DNA of 64,000 nt from an uncultured delta proteobacterium (GCA_963778115.1 CAVZSV010000004.1:1824001-1888000), one strand, 5' to 3'; positions 1 through 10,424 are shown, counted from the stretch's first letter. Program-made: numbers and translations. Notes: generated from the sequence alone by a model not told the origin.

Positions 1-141
1 TTTTGCACTCTCAACCCCGATTCTTTTCAGAACGTGATTGAATGGGCGGAGAACTGCCGAAAGGTATGGGAGTTGCGCTTCGATCGTCTAGAACAAGTTT
101 TGCAATCCATGAAAGAGGAGAAACGCCATGGCAAAAAATGA
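1..141 (+). CDS. ArsR/SmtB-family transcriptional regulator, 3' end (partial)
   Basis: Frame 1 reads FCTLNPDSFQNVIEWAENCRKVWELRFDRLEQVL...*, the typical C-terminal helix of ArsR proteins paired with SRPBCC genes. It overlaps the next start. Confidence 0.7.
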   Translation, partial: FCTLNPDSFQNVIEWAENCRKVWELRFDRLEQVLQSMKEEKRHGKK

Positions 142-601
142 ATTTACCATCACCCGCATATTCAACGCTCCTCGTGAAATGGTCTTTCAAGCATGGAGCG
201 ATCCCAAGTATGTCATGCAGTGGTGGGGACCCGCTCAATTCACCTCCCCTCACTGCACTATAGATTTTCGTGTGGGTGGCAAATTCCATTTCTGTATGCG
301 TGCCCCCGACGGCCGTGAATATTGGAACGTGGGAACTTACAAAGAGATCGTGATTCCAGAAAGGATTGTCTCCGTCATGTATTTTTCTGACAAAGACGCC
401 AATATCCTTCCCGCATCCACTTATTTTGCGAACACCGACTTTCCCAATGAAATGGTCGACGTCGTTACCTTTGAAGTGGTCGCCGCCGGAAAAACAAAAC
501 TGACGTTGTGTCGCAATCATTCCGAAGAGCTTGCTAACAAATTTGGTGAAATTCAGGGTTGGAATCAATCTCTGGATCGCTTCGCGAAAGTCGTCTGCTA
601 A
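128..601 (+). CDS. SRPBCC/AHA1-like domain protein
   Basis: ITRIFNAPREMVFQAWSDP..WWGP, DFRVGG, GWNQSLDR motifs; GAGGAG RBS. Confidence 0.9.
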   Translation: MAKNEFTITRIFNAPREMVFQAWSDPKYVMQWWGPAQFTSPHCTIDFRVGGKFHFCMRAPDGREYWNVGTYKEIVIPERIVSVMYFSDKDANILPASTYFANTDFPNEMVDVVTFEVVAAGKTKLTLCRNHSEELANKFGEIQGWNQSLDRFAKVVC

Positions 602-602
602 A

Positions 603-630
603 GGTATCGGTTACTTCTAGTCCGATACCC
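603..630. terminator. Hairpin between convergent genes
   Basis: GGTATCGG-N11-CCGATACC. Confidence 0.5.
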
Positions 631-644
631 TTAGCCCATACGCC

Positions 645-1490
645 CTATTGCTGACTGAGAGAATCGGCTTGAGGCCTTTCCTGAGGAAGGCTGTCAATAA
701 AGCCTGCGTCCTGAAATTGCTGGGTCCAATAAGGCCAGCCGGTACTGTCCGTATAAAGACCTACGCCAATATAATCGTACTTCGGACTTAAAATCGCACT
801 TCGATGGCCTGGCGAATTCATCCACTGTGCCAATGCGCCCTCAGGGGTCGGTGACATCTGTGCGATATTTTCGGCCACCACGGGCTTGCCCGGTGGGTGG
901 TACATCGACATGGGATGTTCCTTCATTTTCACGCTATCCATCCACTTTGAAGTACGGTTGCTCCCATCTATTAAATATTTCGCCGGCATATAGGGTTTGA
1001 GTTGATACTTCGCCCGCTCAAGATTGGTTAACCGAATGAGCCGGTATTGAATCTTGTCCATGACCACTCCCCGCGGATTGGGAACCATAGGGTCGGGCTC
1101 TCCATTGGCTTTCGCAACATAAGTTCCTGAGGGTTTCACTGTGAAGATGAGATCTCCTTTTTTATAGGAGGTCTGCTCGCCACTTTCTTTGACGGCAACC
1201 CCTTCCCGAGGAGCTGGGTAGGCATCGGCTGCCTGATACCATTTTCCGTCAACCTCATACTCAAGTCCCTGTCTGGTCCACCTGACAGGGCTAGTGCTCA
1301 TGGTGGGAGTCGGATCTGCCTCTACGGCTGCCACCTGTCGCGTAGCGGAAGGGGTCGCGATCGTATACCCGTGGTTAACAGTACCGTTATTCCCCCGCCC
1401 GCGAAAAAGGCCCGCGTGTGATTCCCGTTGGGTAATTACCAGACTCAACACGATCAAGACGAATAAAGTTCTAATCTGTTTCTTTCTCAT
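645..1490 (-). CDS. Secreted CAP/SCP-domain protein
   Basis: Signal peptide; ENIA...WMNSPGHRSAIL...IGVG...YWTQQF CAP motifs. Confidence 0.85.
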   Translation of the reverse strand: MRKKQIRTLFVLIVLSLVITQRESHAGLFRGRGNNGTVNHGYTIATPSATRQVAAVEADPTPTMSTSPVRWTRQGLEYEVDGKWYQAADAYPAPREGVAVKESGEQTSYKKGDLIFTVKPSGTYVAKANGEPDPMVPNPRGVVMDKIQYRLIRLTNLERAKYQLKPYMPAKYLIDGSNRTSKWMDSVKMKEHPMSMYHPPGKPVVAENIAQMSPTPEGALAQWMNSPGHRSAILSPKYDYIGVGLYTDSTGWPYWTQQFQDAGFIDSLPQERPQADSLSQQ

Positions 1491-1519
1491 GCTCTTCCCC
1501 CCGGAGTGCACGGTAAGAG

Positions 1520-1535
1520 AGCAACGAAGGTGCCA
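1520..1535 (-). promoter_or_regulatory. Sigma-54 (-24/-12) promoter
   Basis: Minus strand TGGCAC-CTTCG-TTGCT, about 30 nt upstream of the CAP gene start. Confidence 0.7.
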
Positions 1536-1799
1536 AGATCTCAGGCGCGAACACCCTCGCCCACTGACAGAGAGCTAGCCCCCCACTGTCAGTATGCCTT
1601 TGCAGACTAAAGGAGGGGTCTTGATATCACGTGGATTTTCTTAAATTCACTACAAGCAAGACAGCGGACTGCCGATGCGACATTCTTTCCCTCATAGTCC
1701 CGGTGTAAGCCTTCCCACAGCGTTGCACTAAAAAGCAATATTTTCGCCCTCCGATTTTCCCTACATTCGCTTCCGAAATGACGCTTTCGGAGGTGAGTC

Positions 1800-2433
1800 A
1801 TGATGAAAAAAAAGATGGTAGTTCATGCTTTGTTATTGGTTTGTCTATGGATGTTACCCGGCTACCTTGAAGCCCCAAGGCATACGTTGAGTCCCGTTGA
1901 GAAGGCAGAGGATATCGCTTGGCTTTTGGATAGAGTCAAAGAGAGCTATGCGCCTCTAAAATCGTTTTCTGCTCCTACGAGTGCTGACGCATGAAATGGG
2001 ACATGTCTTCGGACTTCCGCATTCGTTAATGTCGGACCTCTACGCGGAAGCACTCCTCAAACAGTTCGAACCCGAACAGGAGCAGTTCGCATTTGCCGGG
2101 ATGATAGGCGGCTTGTTCGTTTTTCCTACCTCCGTCTGCACGGCGTCCGTCGATATGACGAATGCGAATCTCTTTTTTAAAGTCCCTAAGGAAAAGGAGC
2201 GCAATGACTCCATTTGCTTTTCGTTCGATGTCAAAACGAAACGAATCGAGGTTAGTACCGTGAAAGTTTTTGATCAAATTACGCCACAGACAGTGCCTCT
2301 TGGTTTTATAGATCGACTCAAGTTGACCTACTATCAGCAGCCGGCCGTTGTCTTGAAAGTCAGCGCTAAGCAGAAAGTATTTCTCGAGGCGGAATTTTCA
2401 CTGCTTCCGATAAGTCGGAAATGCCCATTGTAA
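1800..2433 (+). pseudogene. Out-of-frame junction of a secreted protein N-terminus and a metzincin-type protease C-terminal fragment
   Basis: 64-aa signal-peptide ORF, then another frame with RFLLLRVLTHEMGHVFGLPHSLM (HExxHxxGxxH) lacking an N-terminal domain. Confidence 0.5.
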
Positions 2434-2625
2434 TGAACCTCAACGGACCCGGTGAATGGAACTGGGATATGAGTTTTAGCGGGCTCATAAACGGCCAAAT
2501 GGAGTTTCTTGTTGGCGGCAATCGCTTCGCTTTTTAATCCTCTCCACGCCTTCCAAACCAAGAAGCTTTTCTGATATCCTTTCATGGGTTAATTTGATCT
2601 TTTTATATACTTCAGGGGAGAAAGC

Positions 2626-3045
2626 ATGAGCAAAGCTATAGATAACTTGATAGAGGCCCAGAAATTCGCAATGAGCATTCGTCCCAAGATTGGGGGCTTT
2701 CCGTATCTTGCAGAAGCTCTCAGACTAGCGGGCGTTACCCAGAATCTATGGCATCTGCCTTCCTGCCAAAGCCTCTATCTTACCAAACATGGAGCGGTCA
2801 TTAATCAAGGGACCCCTCTGGTTACCGGTATGTACGAAGTTCCCCAATTTGACCGCGAAGCCTTAATTCGAGCATTACGAACCGACCAAGAAGGAAAAAG
2901 TACTTTTCCTGAATTTCTGCAGTCCACTTGGAAGGCGGGTGTTGTGAAATACGACGTCGACCTAAAAAAGCGCACTTGTACCTACTTTGGCGCTGACGGC
3001 GAATCCTACGTCGAAGAATATCCCGCGGTTGAACTAAAAAAATAA
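2626..3045 (+). CDS. DUF1398-family protein
   Basis: RPKIGGFPYLAEALRLAGV...FDREALIRALRTDQEGKSTFPEFL...AGV duplicated-motif pattern; GGGGAG RBS. Confidence 0.85.
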   Translation: MSKAIDNLIEAQKFAMSIRPKIGGFPYLAEALRLAGVTQNLWHLPSCQSLYLTKHGAVINQGTPLVTGMYEVPQFDREALIRALRTDQEGKSTFPEFLQSTWKAGVVKYDVDLKKRTCTYFGADGESYVEEYPAVELKK

Positions 3046-3066
3046 GGGCACAAGATCGGACGAAGT

Positions 3067-3627
3067 TTAGGAAAAAAAGTGTTTGGCGTCGGGACTGGTG
3101 TAAAAGCGATAGAGAAGCCATTGGAAAAAAATGCATAAGGCTATTACAGAGAAGATAATGCCAAAGCTGGTGGGAGAGGAGAACGTGTCATTATGGCCTT
3201 CCCTGGCGCGTTCGAAACCGATCAAAAAGGAGAGGATGGCAGACAAACATGCTATCGGAAAGAGCACTAGGATACTCTTTCGGGCTCGCTCATCGCGTCT
3301 CGCGAGCAAGATCGCCTCGAGCAGCAGGATCAAGCTTACGCACACGGAGCCCCAAAAATCTGCCACGACCGCCCAACCAGGTACCACGCCAACCGGCTTG
3401 TTTAGTTCGGCCATCAAAGCACGAAACTCTTCTGACGGACCGTTAAATAATTCGATAGTTAATCCGTAAAACTGATGTGCGGGAGCGACGTTCATCAAGA
3501 ACAAAAAGACCACGAATAAAGAATTGATGATCTCCGTTTTACGCCCGCCTATCCCCTTACGCCTGCCCGCCATGAAGCCGTAAATGAGCTGTATCGTCAT
3601 AAACAGGTAAAAGATCGTTTCTGCCAT
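3067..3627 (-). CDS. Multi-pass membrane hypothetical protein
   Basis: 186-aa ORF with about 5 hydrophobic segments. Confidence 0.6.
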   Translation of the reverse strand: MAETIFYLFMTIQLIYGFMAGRRKGIGGRKTEIINSLFVVFLFLMNVAPAHQFYGLTIELFNGPSEEFRALMAELNKPVGVVPGWAVVADFWGSVCVSLILLLEAILLARRDERARKSILVLFPIACLSAILSFLIGFERAREGHNDTFSSPTSFGIIFSVIALCIFFQWLLYRFYTSPDAKHFFS

Positions 3628-3703
3628 AGTGGTTGGATTATAACCATAGAGTGACGCGCGAACGAAACCATTTTCTGTTCCGTCCGAGCCAGCGGAGGTG
3701 TGG

Positions 3704-3798
3704 AGGTGTCACTCTCCTTGCGGGCCCTTTTGGAACGGGTCACGTTTGAAGTTTCGATATGACCCGTACCTATCGGGCCCGATAGGAGAGTGACACCT
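3704..3798. repeat. REPIN-like inverted-repeat element, family 1 (full copy)
   Basis: AGGTGTCACTCTCCT...GGGCCC...CGGGTCA / TGACCCG...GGGCCC...AGGAGAGTGACACCT; homologous copies elsewhere in the window. Confidence 0.85.
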
Positions 3799-5296
3799 AT
3801 TTCCCTGTCGTACTTTTTTCTATAAGCCATTGGATAGCTTGGTTAACGTTTCGCTGGCCTGGTTCCCATCCATTGGTCCCAAGGATCACCCGGAATTCGG
3901 GATGGTCTTTTAGAAACTGCGGTCCTAAGACAGATAATAAGGAATTCAATTTCGTATCGGCGCTGCTCCAAACGTACGATTTGGCTAAGGGGCTAATTCC
4001 CACGGCCCATTCCTCCAGAGGAACCGTTGAAGAGGGGATGAGCAGAAACCTTAATCTGGCGACAATCGCCTCTTCATTACGTCGGTGCGAGAACCGTCCT
4101 TGCTGATATTCAAAAAGCCGCGAGGGCGGTTGATCCTTCAACGCAAACTCGATGGGATCTGTCCTCATGCCCTTGGCATAGATGTAACTAAAATAATCTC
4201 GGTTCGACATTGCGGTATTTTCAACCAGAAGATCCTGAATCGGATCGCCAATGGTTGGTCCCAGAAGGGAAATGGCCCCCGTGTGTCGTTTTTCAGAGAA
4301 GATCGTTACCCATCGCTGTTTGTGCTCTTGAAAAGTCGTAGGATCGAAAAAGACCGAAAGATCTTTATCATAGCCTAACAAAACGGCGATGATGGCATAT
4401 TGCAGCCTCGAGTAGTCGGGGCTCTTTCGCATTAGGAATCCGATACGGATTAGATTTTGAGCGGCAAGATGATCGCCATACTGCTCGTTTCTAAGATCGG
4501 TCACAAAGAGTCGACCGTTCGCCTTTCGATACCACTGGGGCGAGACAAGTTCTCTAAATAACGGATCCGTGGATGTTGCCTGCGTGTCCAACCATTTTGA
4601 GAGACGCGCAAATTCAAGAGGGCTCAATTCCCCGTCTATTCTCCCAAACGCATTTCGATAGAAGGGACCTAAGTCGAAGAGCGCTTTACCGGCCAGAGGG
4701 TCTTTACTAGTTTCTCCTCCATGACAGATATGACAACTCTCAAGACCTTCGTGGGTTATCTCGTTTGAGGTAAAGAAATTAAAATGTAGCAGATCATATT
4801 GAACAAACAACGAGTGTCTAGGATGTCCGGAATCCGCAAATCGAAAATCGATTAAGTGGAACTGATTTATTCCAGTATTGGGATCGAACACCCTTACTTC
4901 CAACTGCGGCTGGAGCTTTGGATCGGTGTGAGCGAAAAACGTGATGTTATTCAACGGTACAATAAATCGAGGTGTTTCAGGGGTGACGTGACTTCGATGC
5001 GTTCCATTGGAAGACGGCATCATGGGAAAAGCCGTGAGAGCCGCACGATACTTCGGAGTTTGTTTGAGAAATCTAATCAGTTGAAGCGTAGAGGTGATAT
5101 GGGCCTGTCGAATCTCTGCGATCAATAGATCGAAGTCGAAAGCAGAATATGCCTCCGCGATTCGCGAAGGTAGGGCCGCAGAGGGAATCCGGGAGGCGCA
5201 TTGCGAAGCGCTTTCATCCCGGCCTTGTGAGGCTATCAGGCTCACCGAGAACCATAGAAGTCCGAGCAGAAAATGCCATTGGGAAGTACGAAACAT
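3797..5296 (-). CDS. Secreted hypothetical protein with a single CxxCH motif
   Basis: 499-aa ORF with signal peptide and SCHICHGG. Confidence 0.65.
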   Translation of the reverse strand: MFRTSQWHFLLGLLWFSVSLIASQGRDESASQCASRIPSAALPSRIAEAYSAFDFDLLIAEIRQAHITSTLQLIRFLKQTPKYRAALTAFPMMPSSNGTHRSHVTPETPRFIVPLNNITFFAHTDPKLQPQLEVRVFDPNTGINQFHLIDFRFADSGHPRHSLFVQYDLLHFNFFTSNEITHEGLESCHICHGGETSKDPLAGKALFDLGPFYRNAFGRIDGELSPLEFARLSKWLDTQATSTDPLFRELVSPQWYRKANGRLFVTDLRNEQYGDHLAAQNLIRIGFLMRKSPDYSRLQYAIIAVLLGYDKDLSVFFDPTTFQEHKQRWVTIFSEKRHTGAISLLGPTIGDPIQDLLVENTAMSNRDYFSYIYAKGMRTDPIEFALKDQPPSRLFEYQQGRFSHRRNEEAIVARLRFLLIPSSTVPLEEWAVGISPLAKSYVWSSADTKLNSLLSVLGPQFLKDHPEFRVILGTNGWEPGQRNVNQAIQWLIEKSTTGK

Positions 5297-5516
5297 TTCG
5301 GCCTATCTAGCGTATATGGCGAAATTTCGCAATTCTCTTGATCCTCACCCTATGTGAGGCCTTACGCTGGTGGTAGAGGAGGAGATATGAAAATTGGAGA
5401 GCTATCAAAGTACGAGTATCCGTTACATCGAGTCCAATCAGAGTATACCCTGCGTCAATTGCTCTTTTAAACACCGACTGGCACAATACAGAGGAATCGT
5501 CTCTCACTTAACTCTC

Positions 5517-7184
5517 ATGACCATTCGAACTTCCTTACTGATCCTCGTTTTAATTCTGGGGTGCCTCTCCGTCGTGGCAGAACCACCTCCCAACCCTCAT
5601 GAAAAACCGGGGATCAAAGGCGACGGGAACTCTCCGCTTGCGCCCCCAGAAGAGCTGTCTTCTCCAGAGCCGATCGTCGAGACAAGCGGGCTCTGTAATG
5701 ATTTGGCCAGGTTCACCTGTGCGCCCGGCGAGTACGACGACGGTACCGGCAGCGTTCTGGGGCTGGACCATGTGGTGAAACGATTCAAAGCGTTTAGCGA
5801 CAAGCAGAAAGATGCTTTAAAAGCTCAATTCGCAACCGAACTAAAGAAGAAATCCTATTTTCGAAAGAATGCCCTTTCCGCTACTGGCCTCTTTCATTCA
5901 CCAGATTGTCGTAAGGCCGATGATCCCAAAAGGCGAGAGGCCTGCGACGCCGTGCTGTCAGAAGCCCTCGCCACACTTGCCATGGAGCGTGTGCTCTCTC
6001 GCAGCAACCCCGCTCCCAATGAGATCTACCATGAGGGAAAAATTGAGGACCTCGATTTTCTTTTGAATAGTCGGGAATACCAAGGAATCGAATCCGCGCT
6101 CATTAAGAAGGCAAAGGTGGAACTATCGGACAAAGAGGCCGAAGCCAAACTTAAAGACGATATCTTCCCCAAAGTGGTTACCCTCATCACCAATCTCATC
6201 AAAAGAGTCGTTAAAGATCCTGCCCTGCAAGCCCATCTTCTGGAGAAGGTGGAAGCCATCGCCTATCTCGGAAATGACTGTGCATCGCTTCTCAAAGGAG
6301 ATCAGAATCGCAGAATCGATGGAATGCTGATCGATAACGCAGCCTACGATCCTATGTCGAACACCTTTAAATACTGCAACGGGAGCTTCCTTAAGATTAC
6401 GAGTCTCTTTACGATCGTGGGGACGATCGCCCATGAGTTGAGCCACGCCTTCGATCCCTGTGAAATCGCAGTCGGTCCGTCCGATGTGGCGCTAAAGTAT
6501 TCTAATGTGAAAGACCTGGAGAAGTCCCAGTCGGAATTTCCTTTTGAACGCCTGATCGCTTGTCTTAGATCTGAAGAATCGGTCGGAGCCAAACGCAGGC
6601 CACCCACGCTGGCCACCCAAGGGTACGGTACCATGCCCAATATGGACGACCCTTCTTCTGATAACGCTAGACCAGTCAATGGAGCCGTGAATCCAGCCCC
6701 GCCCCCTGGCCCTAACGCACCTCCCCAGCCGGGACCCATTCCTCCGACGGGAGGAGGCTATCCCGGATACCCAGGGGGTTATGGGGGATTCGGAGGGTAC
6801 GGTGGCTACCCCGTTGGAGTTTCCATCCCTATCGAAGTTCCCGATCCTAGAGCCGGTCGCTCGATATTTTGTGGGGACGATCAGATTGGGGAATCTTTCG
6901 CCGACTGGGTGTCGGCAGAAATCTTGCCCGAGTACATGAGCCAGTACCATCCAGAACTTACCGCCGAAAAAAATGAGTTGGGCTATGCCAATGTCTTTCG
7001 AGGCCATTGTGACAATCTGACGCCTTCTGTCGATCTCTCGTTAGTGAAATTCGATGTTCACCCGCCATTAAAGGCCCGAGTGAATAAGATCTTACTCGCC
7101 AACCCGAAGGTCAGGAAACAGATGGGGTGTCCCGTCGAAATGGCGGGAGCGACCTACTGCTCCGTTCCTGGGGGGCACTCGTGA
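5517..7184 (+). CDS. Secreted M13 (neprilysin)-like zinc metallopeptidase
   Basis: Signal peptide; CNDLARFTC (cf. M13 CxDFxxxxC), NAAY, HELSHAFD, GESFAD, HPP..RVN. Confidence 0.7.
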   Translation: MTIRTSLLILVLILGCLSVVAEPPPNPHEKPGIKGDGNSPLAPPEELSSPEPIVETSGLCNDLARFTCAPGEYDDGTGSVLGLDHVVKRFKAFSDKQKDALKAQFATELKKKSYFRKNALSATGLFHSPDCRKADDPKRREACDAVLSEALATLAMERVLSRSNPAPNEIYHEGKIEDLDFLLNSREYQGIESALIKKAKVELSDKEAEAKLKDDIFPKVVTLITNLIKRVVKDPALQAHLLEKVEAIAYLGNDCASLLKGDQNRRIDGMLIDNAAYDPMSNTFKYCNGSFLKITSLFTIVGTIAHELSHAFDPCEIAVGPSDVALKYSNVKDLEKSQSEFPFERLIACLRSEESVGAKRRPPTLATQGYGTMPNMDDPSSDNARPVNGAVNPAPPPGPNAPPQPGPIPPTGGGYPGYPGGYGGFGGYGGYPVGVSIPIEVPDPRAGRSIFCGDDQIGESFADWVSAEILPEYMSQYHPELTAEKNELGYANVFRGHCDNLTPSVDLSLVKFDVHPPLKARVNKILLANPKVRKQMGCPVEMAGATYCSVPGGHS

Positions 7185-7594
7185 TGTCGAAATGGGTAGT
7201 CGCATTGGGGATTTTTTTTGCTTCCGCGGCACAGTCAGCGCCCAAGCCTCAAACCGCCGAATCCTTTGCCATCCAAGTCACCCATGCGGATGCGGTCTCT
7301 CATTTTGAGATTGCCGGAGAGGGCGACAAGAGATCCCTTCAATTTACAGACAAATCGGGGAAACCGTTTGTCAAACCGATAACGCAAGCGGATGTCAGCT
7401 ACCTCATGGGCAAACTCACGAAGGTAAAGTCCACTCCAAACAACTATTTGCAATGTCCCCGCAGCCGCGTGGACGTCGCTTACCACTCTTCGAAGGCCAA
7501 TAAGGGATTTTCCGTCTGCCTCTTTGGCAAAGATCCCGCCTCGATACAAATCGTTAGCTTGGTAAATCTGCTAGTCACCTTTGCGAGGTTTTAG
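7184..7594 (+). CDS. Secreted hypothetical protein
   Basis: MSKWVVALGIFFASAAQS signal peptide; start overlaps the upstream stop. Confidence 0.65.
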   Translation: MSKWVVALGIFFASAAQSAPKPQTAESFAIQVTHADAVSHFEIAGEGDKRSLQFTDKSGKPFVKPITQADVSYLMGKLTKVKSTPNNYLQCPRSRVDVAYHSSKANKGFSVCLFGKDPASIQIVSLVNLLVTFARF

Positions 7595-7698
7595 ATCCCG
7601 TTGTACCGCAAAGGTCTCCTTGTTTCGTCAAGAACAGAAGAACATTTAATGCTACTTCTACATTAAGGTAGATCTTCCTTTCGGATTTACATTAGGAT

Positions 7699-8967
7699 GT
7701 GGCGCCCATGAGATTTCGGATGAAAATTTGTCTGGCGCTCGCCTTTCTTTACCACTACAGCGTAGCGCAAATCGTGACCGCCAATCGGGTGTATCACCAC
7801 CAATCGGGCAAAAAATTTCAAGTGATCTATGGGTCTCGCCTGAGAGAACCAGAGGCAAGAACATCTTTATATCAGATAAATAAGCCAGATCCCGATTTGA
7901 CGGGAATCTTAAGAAAGACCGGCGAAGCGCTAGATCTTTGGCTTGCGATGTATGAAGAAAACGAATTTTTAGTGCCGGGTCAGGATGACCGTTTAATTCG
8001 AGAATATCGTAATAATCGCAGTCTCGATAAACACGACGATTTCATCCTCGTGTACGAGCTTTTCGATCTGATTGACGGGGTAACGAATCATGCTCGGTTG
8101 ATTGGCTTCTGGGGGGTAAGCGATGGCGCGGGAATGGAAAAGCTCTTGGGCATTCAACTGCATCGACGGGAGCTTAATCGCATAAGGATGAATCCACTTC
8201 TTGTGGCACTTCACTGGAGAACCAATCCGGATCGATTCTTTGGTCCGAACTATCTTACCATCTGGAGCGGAGAAAATGTGATTGAAAATGGTCCTGTCTG
8301 GGCGGACCCAAGTTATCCTTGGGTATTTAGCTTTATGTGGCATAGCGCCCACTGGGACGCTGGAATTACGACAACATCGCAGGCAATTTCCGAAGAGGCT
8401 AAGGCCCAAACCTCACTACCCGGCTGGGAGCCTGCCCTCATTATGCCCGCCGATTTTGTCAATTGGTCGGCACCCCGAACCGGAAAGTATTCCAGGGCCC
8501 GACTGTTTCGCGAACGCCTTCATCATGATCCTTTACTTATCGACGGAAGTTCTTCGATAGATTGGGAGGGGAAAAAGCTAGAATTATCCACCATTCACAT
8601 CACTAAATACCTTCACGATTTAGCAACTGAAATGCGTAACCCGGCCTTTGCCGATTTTACTATGAATTCTATTATGGGCCCTTTGCATCTGGGACAAAAG
8701 CCTTGGCTAAATCCTCCCTCTCCTGAGGATTTCAAAAGACCAGAGGTTATCGTAACCGGGATGGATGATCTTAGCTTCATAACCACTTCCCATCGCCGCT
8801 GTGGCCGGCTAATCGAATTGCTGTCCATGTATCCGATCATTTATGCCTTTCACGGAGGTTCCGGGGCCCCGCAATATCGGCTAAGAGAGACCACGATTCT
8901 GCGGGATGGTAGGCAAGAGTTTCTCCCTCTTTACGGGAGAAAAATTCCTAACCGCCAGGCCCCATAG
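7699..8967 (+). CDS. Hypothetical protein
   Basis: 422-aa ORF with possible signal peptide; no recognised family. Confidence 0.6.
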   Translation: MAPMRFRMKICLALAFLYHYSVAQIVTANRVYHHQSGKKFQVIYGSRLREPEARTSLYQINKPDPDLTGILRKTGEALDLWLAMYEENEFLVPGQDDRLIREYRNNRSLDKHDDFILVYELFDLIDGVTNHARLIGFWGVSDGAGMEKLLGIQLHRRELNRIRMNPLLVALHWRTNPDRFFGPNYLTIWSGENVIENGPVWADPSYPWVFSFMWHSAHWDAGITTTSQAISEEAKAQTSLPGWEPALIMPADFVNWSAPRTGKYSRARLFRERLHHDPLLIDGSSSIDWEGKKLELSTIHITKYLHDLATEMRNPAFADFTMNSIMGPLHLGQKPWLNPPSPEDFKRPEVIVTGMDDLSFITTSHRRCGRLIELLSMYPIIYAFHGGSGAPQYRLRETTILRDGRQEFLPLYGRKIPNRQAP

Positions 8968-8979
8968 GATAGCCGTTAC

Positions 8980-9744
8980 TTATTTGGACTTAGCCGCTTG
9001 TTCGATTACTTTTGCCACTTCCTCTGGGTGGGAAATAAAGACCGCATGACTAGCATCAAATTCAAATTGTTGAACCGCTTTTGCTGTTGTAGCCATCTTC
9101 CGTTCGTCAGAGGGGGGGATCATATGATCTTGGCTTGAGACGATGTAGTAGCTAGGTTTATTTTTCCAAGCGGCCTTAGTAATTTTTGCCGAGACAGCCA
9201 GCAGCCCAAGGGGAGCTTGCGAAGCCGCCATGAATTCAGCTTTTTTTGGGTCAATATCCGCGGCAAATGCCTCTGGAAATTTAGCTCGATCGATAAGCGC
9301 AATTCCTTTTTTTCCATCAATAAGAATTGGCGGAGCCGGAACACTCTGATCGGCTTTTTTGAGTAAGTCCTCAACAGACTCCCCTACGTCGGGTACATAG
9401 GCCGCGACATATACGAGTGATTTAACTTTCTGATCGTCTCCGGCTTGAGTAATCACAGCACCACCGTAAGAGTGACCCACCAATACTACTGGCCCACTTT
9501 CATTAGCTAAAACGTTCTGCGTTGCAGTCACATCCGCCTCCAAAGAGACAAGTGGGTTTTGAACGATAGTGACCTTGTACCCATCATCCGTGAGAATGCG
9601 GTAGACACCCTCCCACCCTGAGCCATCGGCGAAAGCTCCGTGGACGATAACGATGTTTTTCGCTTCCGGGTTCTCATCAGCCAAAGCCTGGAATCCAAAC
9701 AAGGATGCATACACTCCCAACAGTCCGATAATTGGAGTTTTCAT
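8980..9744 (-). CDS. Secreted alpha/beta hydrolase
   Basis: VHGAFADGSGW, GHSYGG nucleophile motif, D and H (ASHAVF) triad residues. Confidence 0.9.
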   Translation of the reverse strand: MKTPIIGLLGVYASLFGFQALADENPEAKNIVIVHGAFADGSGWEGVYRILTDDGYKVTIVQNPLVSLEADVTATQNVLANESGPVVLVGHSYGGAVITQAGDDQKVKSLVYVAAYVPDVGESVEDLLKKADQSVPAPPILIDGKKGIALIDRAKFPEAFAADIDPKKAEFMAASQAPLGLLAVSAKITKAAWKNKPSYYIVSSQDHMIPPSDERKMATTAKAVQQFEFDASHAVFISHPEEVAKVIEQAAKSK

Positions 9745-9971
9745 AATAATCTTTTTCCCTTCTAGATTATTTTTTAAAATTTTTAAAATACTGCCTACTC
9801 CGATATAGCTCACTACGCCAAAAGTCAACATCCCACGACATCAGGCATACTTTCGCAACACCTTACTGCCGAAGGGACGGCGAGACGCTATCGAACCAGC
9901 GATTATAGAAAGCAATGTACACGGACAGTTGCCTGGGATAGCTTTCGTTCAAAATTTGTAAGGAGTTTAGA

Positions 9972-10424
9972 ATGAAAGGTATTTGGCTCGCTCTAGCACT
10001 GTTACTTACGGTCAACGCCACTGCGGACGAGGGGACGGTCTGTGGTGAAAAATTTCTTACGACTCCAGCTTCGGCCAGCTATCAAGGAGTCCGTCAGGCG
10101 GTTGTTCATTATCTCGAAGTAAAAGCAGGGGTGGCCGACAAAGATCTCCTCGCCAAAATTGGGAAAAATTTAATAAATGGGACCCACTTTGATGCCTATG
10201 AAGGGGGAGTCATTCTTAATCTAGAAACTTCTGCGACTCCGATCTTTCCCGAACTTAAGGGGGCATCGGCCTAGTTTGTTGCTCAGTGCGATACCAAGAG
10301 CGGCGAATTTGTAGTTCTCAATATCAACTTCAATTATTACCCGGATCCTCAAAAGGGTCCCACGAAAGCTATCTTCGCACCTAGAATGTCCGTTAGTGAG
10401 CTGCTTGACCTTAAGGGGGAGTAG
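9972..10424 (+). pseudogene. Secreted hypothetical protein with an internal in-frame TAG (10272-10274)
   Basis: AAGGAG RBS and signal peptide; the frame stays open for 49 more codons after the TAG. Confidence 0.5.

Noticed and set aside
11..568. 185-aa minus-strand ORF
   Set aside because: Antisense shadow of the SRPBCC gene.
3597..3830. Small ORFs sharing GHIET...TRSKRARKESDT (also 16978-17178, partly 15203-15409)
   Set aside because: They are translations of the non-coding family-1 repeat.
10272..10274. Genome-wide stop-codon reassignment
   Set aside because: TAG and TGA end many conserved genes at their expected positions (for example glpD and pncB).
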